Origin: a virus
Taxonomy: Duplodnaviria; Caudoviricetes
DNA: 35,708 nt
Direction: 5' to 3' (one strand)
IMG/VR virus record: IMGVR_UViG_3300042429_000698
Coordinates: 1-35,708 of that record
Both the position numbers and the translations under genes were made by a program. Of this stretch, positions 29,169 to 35,708 are shown piece by piece (position 1 is the first letter of the stretch; the number at the start of each line of letters is the position of its first letter). Below the pieces are notes generated by a model. It was given only the letters and a program-made list of their open reading frames with translations. It made no database searches and was not told where the DNA came from.

Positions 29169-31001
29169 TTAACCGATTGTTAAACCATTATTTGTTTTCA
29201 CTTTAACTCTAATGTCTTTTTCTGGATATCTTATGTGATATATTTCATTTGGTTCAGCAAAAATAGTTTCATCAATAGCAGCAATAGTTCTACTCGATGT
29301 ATTTGAATAAGGCATAGATGTTTCACCCCCAGAATAATTTCCACCAACTTGATTGGTGAAAACCAAATCAGATATTGAAATTACCCCATTTAATTTTTGA
29401 ATACTACTCTTTATTTCAGATACGTTAATGTCATTACCCAACTGAATGCTTTGTGGGATAAAATACCCATTAATTGTTGAAATTACATTATTTATAATAT
29501 CTTTTGATGTGAAACCTGGGGAAATTGTAATTGATGCCTCAACACTAACATCAATCACTTTTGCTGACGATACAACAATATAATCATTTATCATTCTATA
29601 ATTTGATAAATAATTTGCAATATTATCCGTTAAAAATTTTGAATTATCTGAAATTAATTTTCCTTTTGAATCATAAGATAATACAAGAATCTGTATCTTA
29701 TTATCCACCTCTTGAACTGCAACCTTTGCTGGCGATCCAAATTGGGAAGGCATATTTCTAATAATTGCCTCATAATCATTAATTGTTACCGCTCTTTTTT
29801 GTGCAGCAAAATTAAAAGATACAAAATTTCTAACCTCTTCTGTTGTAGGTAATCCAGCGCCACCAATGGCAGGAAATAAATTATTAACCCTTAATGAATT
29901 AATAACAGAAGATTCTTGTGCTGGATTTCCAGCATTTATTCTAAAAGAATTAACTCCAATTTGATTAATAGTATTTGGTCCTAAATTTGTATTCAAACCA
30001 CCCCCAACTCTATATTGAACAAATAAGGTGCTATTAGGTTTTAATGTTCGACCCAATGAAAAGTTATTCAAATAATTTTGCAATGTCGGTAATTGACCTG
30101 TTGTAGTAAATTGGTTTAATTGTTCCAATGCTGTATTAACCCCATTACCAAATGTTATTTTTTTAAATCCCTCTGGGGTAAATTCGCTCACAAATCTATT
30201 ATCTGTCTGAATATATTTACCAACCTTTATACTAGCATTTCCCGTATCTTTTGATGGGTCAATGATGAAAACCCTATCCTCTGCCAAAGAATCAACCTCG
30301 TACCATTTATTGGTATCACTTATAAAGTCAGAATATGGGGGTATTGTATTTATTTGACCATCTTTAAGCAATACACTTGTTATACCCAAAACATTCTTAT
30401 CTGGTAAAAATAATTCAAAAAATGGTCTAACATCAGATGAGGTTATAACTCTTTTAAATACTTTTGTAACACCATTGATAACTGGCTCACGTTTTGTTAA
30501 TGTATAATTAATAATAATATTATTTAATTTATTTGGTATAACCGTTCTATTTGGTATTCCTTGCCCATCATAATCAGATGAAAAGTCAATGTCATTTATT
30601 GTTTCAAAAATAATTCCATTACCCAAAACTTGCGCACCCCTTTCAAGAACACCAGCGTATGTTGCATCAGCTTTATCACCAAATACTGGAACAGTTATTG
30701 AAAAATCACATAAAGTTAAAGATGGTCGTTGTCCAGGTATTTTTAACCCATATGTCCTTGCAATATTATATATTGATGACTTTTGTTGTGCATATTGCAA
30801 AACAGTTTCTTGCAAACTTCTATCAATATGGTAATGCAAATTATCTGCCACCGCAGCATTCAAATCAAGGAATACAGAAAATATTGAAGCATCATTAAAA
30901 TCATTTATTAAATCAGGATAATAAGCCTTAACATAATTTAATAATTCTGTTCTTATACTTTGAAAATCCCTAACACCATATGATATTTTTCTATCTGACA
31001 T
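29169..31001 (-). CDS. Baseplate wedge subunit (T4 gp6 / baseplate J-like)
   Basis: RDFQSIRTELLNYVKAYYP..DFNDAS..LDLNAAVADNLHYHID..SIYNIARTYGLK, YRVGGGLNTN, and AAQKRAVTINDY. Confidence 0.9.
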   Translation of the reverse strand: MSDRKISYGVRDFQSIRTELLNYVKAYYPDLINDFNDASIFSVFLDLNAAVADNLHYHIDRSLQETVLQYAQQKSSIYNIARTYGLKIPGQRPSLTLCDFSITVPVFGDKADATYAGVLERGAQVLGNGIIFETINDIDFSSDYDGQGIPNRTVIPNKLNNIIINYTLTKREPVINGVTKVFKRVITSSDVRPFFELFLPDKNVLGITSVLLKDGQINTIPPYSDFISDTNKWYEVDSLAEDRVFIIDPSKDTGNASIKVGKYIQTDNRFVSEFTPEGFKKITFGNGVNTALEQLNQFTTTGQLPTLQNYLNNFSLGRTLKPNSTLFVQYRVGGGLNTNLGPNTINQIGVNSFRINAGNPAQESSVINSLRVNNLFPAIGGAGLPTTEEVRNFVSFNFAAQKRAVTINDYEAIIRNMPSQFGSPAKVAVQEVDNKIQILVLSYDSKGKLISDNSKFLTDNIANYLSNYRMINDYIVVSSAKVIDVSVEASITISPGFTSKDIINNVISTINGYFIPQSIQLGNDINVSEIKSSIQKLNGVISISDLVFTNQVGGNYSGGETSMPYSNTSSRTIAAIDETIFAEPNEIYHIRYPEKDIRVKVKTNNGLTIG

Positions 31002-31002
31002 A

Positions 31003-31479
31003 TTATATATTTATTATAACAAATTCACTACCAGCAAAACTATTATTGTTTGTGGTATATTCTATTTTTATTTTTGCAGTATTTTGGTATGTACCATTAC
31101 CTGGTGAACGATAAACCTTATCCCTTGATGATAACCCCACATCATCCACACTTAATCTTGTTGATTGAATTTCTTCATCTTGATTTAATGGTTCAATGGT
31201 TATTTTATTTATAACTAAATTTGGTATATATTTGGAAATTGAATCCCTAATATCAGTTTCAATAACATCAAACGAAACTATATCCAATGGTTCAAATAAA
31301 AATTCATACAATCTTGTACCAAAATCTGGTAAATAATATCTGCTACCTTTTCTTGTTAATAGTAAATGTAATAAAGATGCTCTAATCTCATCTGACGCAC
31401 TCTCTGTCATTTTAACAGCATCACCCCTTAACGATGTGTCAAAAGGGAAATCAACACCATATGTAAAACCTTCAGCCAT
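31003..31479 (-). CDS. Baseplate wedge / sheath-initiator protein (T4 gp25 / GPW-like), 158 aa
   Basis: GVDFPF..IRASLLHLLLTRKGSRYYLPDFGTRLYEFLFEP..IRDSISKYIPNLVI. Start moved to ATG 31479 (MAEGFTYG), downstream of the promoter motif. Confidence 0.92.
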   Translation of the reverse strand: MAEGFTYGVDFPFDTSLRGDAVKMTESASDEIRASLLHLLLTRKGSRYYLPDFGTRLYEFLFEPLDIVSFDVIETDIRDSISKYIPNLVINKITIEPLNQDEEIQSTRLSVDDVGLSSRDKVYRSPGNGTYQNTAKIKIEYTTNNNSFAGSEFVIINI

Positions 31480-31494
31480 TATACTTTGTTTGTA

Positions 31495-31502
31495 TATAAA
31501 TA
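31495..31502 (-). promoter_or_regulatory. TATTTATA putative late-promoter motif (leftward)
   Basis: 15 nt upstream of ATG 31479. Confidence 0.65.
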
Positions 31503-31544
31503 TGTGTTTTTTTATAAATTTGCAACCCAATTTAATTTATTGTA

Positions 31545-31552
31545 TATTTATA
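31545..31552 (+). promoter_or_regulatory. TATTTATA putative late-promoter motif (rightward)
   Basis: 11 nt upstream of ATG 31564. Orientation flips together with the gene. Confidence 0.65.
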
Positions 31553-31563
31553 TAAAAAAAATT

Positions 31564-31824
31564 ATGAAAACATTAAGACTATCAGAGGCTGGGTTATCCA
31601 GACTAATTAAAAAAATTGTTGAAGAAAAAGAAAGTGAAGGTCTTTTTATGGACTACCATAAAGAAGGTAAAGCAAAAACTGGCAAAAAAGCACTATCTAT
31701 GATTAAAAAAATTATGGATAAACTTTCAACAATGAAAGATAAATTTGAGAATAGTAATTTTGCATTTAGTGAAGCTGATGTAAAAAAACTTGAACGTATT
31801 TATGACACATTGAGTGGAAAATAA
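31564..31824 (+). CDS. Small charged hypothetical protein (86 aa) with N-terminal LRLSEAGLSRLIKKIVEE motif
   Basis: ATG after an A-run and the TATTTATA motif, followed by a terminator. The only credible plus-strand gene. Confidence 0.8.
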   Translation: MKTLRLSEAGLSRLIKKIVEEKESEGLFMDYHKEGKAKTGKKALSMIKKIMDKLSTMKDKFENSNFAFSEADVKKLERIYDTLSGK

Positions 31825-31833
31825 AAAAAAATG

Positions 31834-31872
31834 AAAACCCCCAATTCTAAATTAATAGGTTGGGGGTTTTTT
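31834..31872. terminator. Bidirectional intrinsic terminator between convergent genes
   Basis: Stem aaaacccccaa (31834-31844) / ttgggggtttt (31860-31870), with a T-run on + and an A-run on the other side. Confidence 0.85.
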
Positions 31873-31893
31873 ATTTAACAAATTGTATCAAAT

Positions 31894-34644
31894 CTACGAT
31901 TCACAACTCACACACTCATTAATATTTCTTGCAAATGATTGTGCTGAACTCTGGCTAAACTGATAGTAAAGCGTCTTAACCCCCTCTTCATGTGCATATA
32001 GATATAATTGATTTATATCCTTTGCTGGAACTGATGGGTGTATCATCAAATTTAATGACTGTGATTGGTCAATAAATTTTTGCCTCTGGGCTGCTTGTAA
32101 TATCAACTCTTTTGGTGATATTTCAATAAATGATTTAAATACCTCTTTTGTGGGGAAATCCAAATGCTGAACCGATCCATCTTTCTTTAAAATACTTTCC
32201 CAGGTATCTGGTGTATTTAAACCATACTTATCCAATTCAATTTCCAAAAATGGATTCTTATAAATTGTTTTTGATTTAGCCAAATCTTTAATAAAATAAT
32301 TTGATTTGATTGGCTCAATACCCATACTTACTTGCCCTAGAATAAAAGAACTTGACTTGGTTGGGGCAATAGCAATTAATGTTGTGTTGGCATAACCCTC
32401 TCTTAAACATTTATATCCCTTCTCTTCATATAAATATTTTGAAGCTAATTCAGATTTTTCTTTAATTGTTTTAAATATTTGATGATTTAATTGCTTTGCC
32501 ATCAAAGATTCAAATTGAATTAATTTAGATTGGAATAATGAATGGTAACCCAAAACCCCCAAACCAATTGCTCTGTGTTGTGATGCAAATCTATTAGCTC
32601 TTTTCATACCAGCCATTTTACCTGACTTCAATATAAATTCATCCATAACTGCATTTAAGAACATTGTATAAACCTCAATTGCATCAGTCTCAATTATCTC
32701 ATCCCAATGAAGTAAATTCAATGAACCCAAACAACAAACAAACGAGTTTAATGAATCTGTTGGTAATTGAATTTCTGAACAATTAAAAGTCTTTAGTCCA
32801 TTTGATACAAAAATATGTTCATCATTATATACTGTTGGGCAATAAACTGGCTCATTATCTACTTGTTCAATTGAAACGACTTTTGCTCTTTTCTTAGTAT
32901 TATCTCTATACTCCCTATCTTCAATAATAACATTCTTTCTTGTTAAGAACCCAGTTTTTTCTTCAATAATTAAAGCATCATTTTTACTTCCAAAAATTAA
33001 TCTCCAACAATCTTTAGATGTATAATATTTATGCCCACCCTTACCATCAGGTAATAAACTTTGACCTTCTTTTCTTAAAAGACGAATAGAACAACTAAGA
33101 CCTAAATTAGTACATAAAATTTGTAACTCACTTAAAAATTCTTTATTGATATCAGCATAGGAAATTTGTATTGGTTCACCTTTGCTATCACTCTTAAACA
33201 CAGTTCCATCAGCATACAATAAACCTCTTAAATACGCCCAAATAGTATCCTCATTTGATTCCCAAATCCAAGATGGAACATAACCTTTTTCAAAATTTAA
33301 TGCTTTTTTAAGTGTTCTTGATGTTAATCTTTTTTTCTTAACAAGAGATTGACTAACTTTTGAATCAAAGAAAGTTGCTGGTTTTCTAGTTCTTGTCCCA
33401 ACTATATCACCTGTCTGATTTTTAACACCATATGTATCACAACCATACTTATAATGTATTTTATTAAATTTTTCTTGGATATCATCAATCAAATCAAAAT
33501 CATTCTCCCAAACATCAATCATCAAATTATCCTTATCTTGAGTTCCATCTGATTGATATAAACCCAACAAGTAAGCCTCATCCTGCATATCTAATTCACC
33601 AAACAAACCTTTATTTGTTTGTAATGCAACATAATCACCAATTTTCAAATCCTTTGCTTCAACTCTTACAATATCTTTTGTAGTGTCATTAAAAACTGGA
33701 ATTCCATGATTAAATGTTACCTTTTGGGTCATTCCATTTGAATATGTTATTTTTAGAATTTCAGCATCCTCATTCCTCAATAACATAGGAGTTGATTTAA
33801 CTTCCTCTTCACCATTAAACAACACCAATTCATCACCCATCTCATATAACTCTTTTACAGTTAGATATCCTTTTGATGTGACAACTCTTTGGTCTTCTGT
33901 TAAACATAAATTTGAGGCAGTTATCTCCATACCCAACTCTTTGTAGGGGGAATTGTTATTTGAGTTATCCTTAAACATAATATATGGAAAACCAAACTCA
34001 TTACGTCTTTGAATAATCTTTGCCCAGATTTTTCTCTTGCTTGGGTCACCCCCCTTCATATCATTAATCCAATTATCTGTAACAGTAACACCATATTGTA
34101 AATTCTGGATTGGATTACCTTCTGTTCCAATATCAAGAAACTCCATAATATCCTCATGTTCAACTGGCAACCAAACTGCACATGCACCCCTTCTTGCCTC
34201 TGATTGTTTGCAAACATCAACTACTGTGTCATACACCCTTGCATAATGAACTGGTCCATCTGCTGTACCACCTGTTGATATTTTAGTTCCCCTTGCTCTA
34301 ATATTACCTAAATAAGCACTAGTTCCACCACCATATTTTGACATCATACCAATCTCCCTTCCAGCATTCAAAATACTGTCCAAAGTATCATCAATATTGG
34401 ATCCATAGCAGGATATGGGCAACCCCTTTTCTTTACCAAAATTAATCCATACTGGTGTAGAAAGGCTATAAAAACCCCTTGCCATATATTCCTCAAACTT
34501 AACAGCAAACCCATCAATTTTTAAATACCCCTCTGCTTTATTAGCAATATCTTTAATCCTTTGCTCGGGGGTTTCACTAATATACCCCCTTGATAAGAAA
34601 AGCCTGCTCTCATCATTTAACCAATAATATTTTTCTTTATTCAT
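31894..34644 (-). CDS. nrdA: Class I ribonucleotide reductase alpha subunit, intein-containing (541 aa after splicing, no ATP cone)
   Basis: STPVWIN, PISCY, GGGTS, RRGACAVWL, SNL|CSEI, VCCLGSLNL, RAIGLGVLG, IAPTKSSS, DQSQSLNL, KTLYY, and C-terminal CVSC. Confidence 0.97.
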   Translation of the reverse strand: MNKEKYYWLNDESRLFLSRGYISETPEQRIKDIANKAEGYLKIDGFAVKFEEYMARGFYSLSTPVWINFGKEKGLPISCYGSNIDDTLDSILNAGREIGMMSKYGGGTSAYLGNIRARGTKISTGGTADGPVHYARVYDTVVDVCKQSEARRGACAVWLPVEHEDIMEFLDIGTEGNPIQNLQYGVTVTDNWINDMKGGDPSKRKIWAKIIQRRNEFGFPYIMFKDNSNNNSPYKELGMEITASNLCLTEDQRVVTSKGYLTVKELYEMGDELVLFNGEEEVKSTPMLLRNEDAEILKITYSNGMTQKVTFNHGIPVFNDTTKDIVRVEAKDLKIGDYVALQTNKGLFGELDMQDEAYLLGLYQSDGTQDKDNLMIDVWENDFDLIDDIQEKFNKIHYKYGCDTYGVKNQTGDIVGTRTRKPATFFDSKVSQSLVKKKRLTSRTLKKALNFEKGYVPSWIWESNEDTIWAYLRGLLYADGTVFKSDSKGEPIQISYADINKEFLSELQILCTNLGLSCSIRLLRKEGQSLLPDGKGGHKYYTSKDCWRLIFGSKNDALIIEEKTGFLTRKNVIIEDREYRDNTKKRAKVVSIEQVDNEPVYCPTVYNDEHIFVSNGLKTFNCSEIQLPTDSLNSFVCCLGSLNLLHWDEIIETDAIEVYTMFLNAVMDEFILKSGKMAGMKRANRFASQHRAIGLGVLGYHSLFQSKLIQFESLMAKQLNHQIFKTIKEKSELASKYLYEEKGYKCLREGYANTTLIAIAPTKSSSFILGQVSMGIEPIKSNYFIKDLAKSKTIYKNPFLEIELDKYGLNTPDTWESILKKDGSVQHLDFPTKEVFKSFIEISPKELILQAAQRQKFIDQSQSLNLMIHPSVPAKDINQLYLYAHEEGVKTLYYQFSQSSAQSFARNINECVSCES
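32782..33906 (-). mobile_element. Intein with LAGLIDADG homing endonuclease (375 aa)
   Basis: Starts CLTEDQRVVT (residue 247). Block B VTFNHGI, endonuclease motifs AYLLGLYQSDG and AYLRGLLYADG, ends VYCPTVYNDEHIFVSNGLKTFN before +1 Cys. Confidence 0.95.
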
Positions 34645-34656
34645 TATATTTGTTTT

Positions 34657-35634
34657 TTAAAATAAATCATCTTCTGTTATGCTCTTACTTTTTTTATTGT
34701 AATCTATACTTTTTTTATAGAAGAAATCCCCCTCCTTTGTTGATAAAATCTCCACATCAAACCATAATGTCTTCTCAATCTCTGTAAAATCAACCTCAAA
34801 TACTGGCTTCATTCCAATTCTATTTAATGAATTGTTAAATCTATTCTGAATGAAATGTTTAATTGTATCTTTTGATAAGAAACTTAACTCTCCATGCTCA
34901 AATATCCAATCCAATATTCCACATTCAGCAGCATATGCTTTATGGCAAGCAGAAACAATCAGTTGCTCAAATTCGTCATCAAACCATTCTGGATTTTCTT
35001 CCTTAATAATATTGATAAGTTCTGATCCAAAATTACCGTGAATTTCTTCTTCCTTTGAAGTTGCCTCAACCACATTTGAAATACCCTTGAATAAATTCTT
35101 CTCCTTGTTAAAGGACATCATAATCAAGAACTGGCTAAATAAACTCACATGTTCAATAAACAATGAAAATAATAATACAGACTTTGTGTACATTTTATTC
35201 TCTTTGCTCCTTGTTCCATCCAAATATTTTGATAGATAACTAATTCTATTCTTTATGGCAGGAATTTCAATAACTGTCTGAAACTCATTTTCCAACCCAA
35301 GAATTCTTAATAATTGCGCATAAGCATCCTTATGTCTTACTTCCGACTCGGCAAATGTCATACCAACATCACCAATTTCAGTTATAGGCATTCTCTTATA
35401 CAAGTCAGCCCAGAATGTTTTTACATTAACCTCAATTTGTGCAATTGCCAACATTGACCTCTTAATAACTTCCCTCTCCTCATTAGATATTTTTGTCTTA
35501 TAATCATCAATATCTGTTGTGAAATTGAATTCAGAATGTATCCAGTATGAATGTCTTATTGCATCTTTATATGCTAATAATGATGGATATTCATAAGGCA
35601 AAATATTTACCCTCTTTTCAAAAATGTTCTTCAT
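34657..35634 (-). CDS. nrdB: Class I ribonucleotide reductase beta subunit (class Id-like)
   Basis: AIAQIEVNVKTFW, ESEVRHKDAY, FIEHVSLFSQF, SKEEEIHG, and C-terminal DFFYKKSIDY..DDLF. Confidence 0.97.
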   Translation of the reverse strand: MKNIFEKRVNILPYEYPSLLAYKDAIRHSYWIHSEFNFTTDIDDYKTKISNEEREVIKRSMLAIAQIEVNVKTFWADLYKRMPITEIGDVGMTFAESEVRHKDAYAQLLRILGLENEFQTVIEIPAIKNRISYLSKYLDGTRSKENKMYTKSVLLFSLFIEHVSLFSQFLIMMSFNKEKNLFKGISNVVEATSKEEEIHGNFGSELINIIKEENPEWFDDEFEQLIVSACHKAYAAECGILDWIFEHGELSFLSKDTIKHFIQNRFNNSLNRIGMKPVFEVDFTEIEKTLWFDVEILSTKEGDFFYKKSIDYNKKSKSITEDDLF

Positions 35635-35708
35635 ATTCCTTTTTTTATTTGGTTAAGATAAATATAAAACCAGAAAATAAAAGTATTCAATTTTAATTAT
35701 AAAATCAA

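Noticed and set aside
15513-31479. Bacterial extracellular contractile injection system rather than a phage
   Set aside because: The adjacent intein-bearing RNR, S74 tail fibre, dedicated promoter motif and absence of other host housekeeping genes favour a phage genome.
3333-31502. T4-type TATAAATA late promoters on the plus strand
   Set aside because: They would point away from or antisense to the adjacent genes. The consistent reading is TATTTATA on the sense strand.
31480-31563. ORF-track starts at 31530 (minus) and 31486 (plus)
   Set aside because: They overlap each other and run through the promoter motifs. ATGs at 31479 and 31564 fit the motif spacing and protein N-termini better.
1-35708. 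Stop-codon reassignment, as in some large phages
   Set aside because: Genes are full length and tightly packed in the standard code. TAG ends nrdA right after its CxxC tail, and TGA ends the SprB-repeat gene in an ATGA overlap.
1-35708. tRNA, rRNA or other structured RNA genes
   Set aside because: Intergenic gaps are under 90 nt and AT-rich, and no cloverleaf or rRNA-like sequence was seen.

Overview
AT-rich segment of a large contractile-tailed (myovirus-type) phage genome, probably infecting Bacteroidota. Host evidence: SprB-like repeats, a Fib_succ_major-like domain, a Flavobacterium-type class Id ribonucleotide reductase, and A-rich starts mostly without a Shine-Dalgarno sequence. Almost all real genes are on the minus strand. 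From right to left: nrdB; nrdA with a LAGLIDADG intein at the catalytic Cys; one small plus-strand gene; gp25-like and gp6-like baseplate genes; a 1641-aa protein with a central hydrophobic stretch; several unknown structural proteins; a gp7/P2-I-like wedge protein; an SprB-repeat protein; Thr/Pro mucin-like, Cys-bounded multidomain proteins; a Gly-X-Ser collagen-like tail fibre with an S74 chaperone; and a >1100-aa ORF missed by the ORF track (3320 to <1). That ORF holds three tandem six-bladed Kelch-like propellers with a near-constant framework and two hypervariable loops per blade. Most notable observations: (i) the antibody-like propeller array; (ii) a pervasive [ST]-G-x-[TS] motif with mucin and collagen tracts, suggesting a modified (glycosylated) virion surface; (iii) terminal and domain-flanking cysteines, plus a C-terminal domain shared by two adjacent proteins; (iv) a sense-strand TATTTATA promoter-like motif; (v) a hairpin that would occlude the start codon of the hydrophobic protein in read-through mRNA. 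All family calls are by-eye motif recognition, not search results. Sub-gene coordinates are approximate unless stated as exact.
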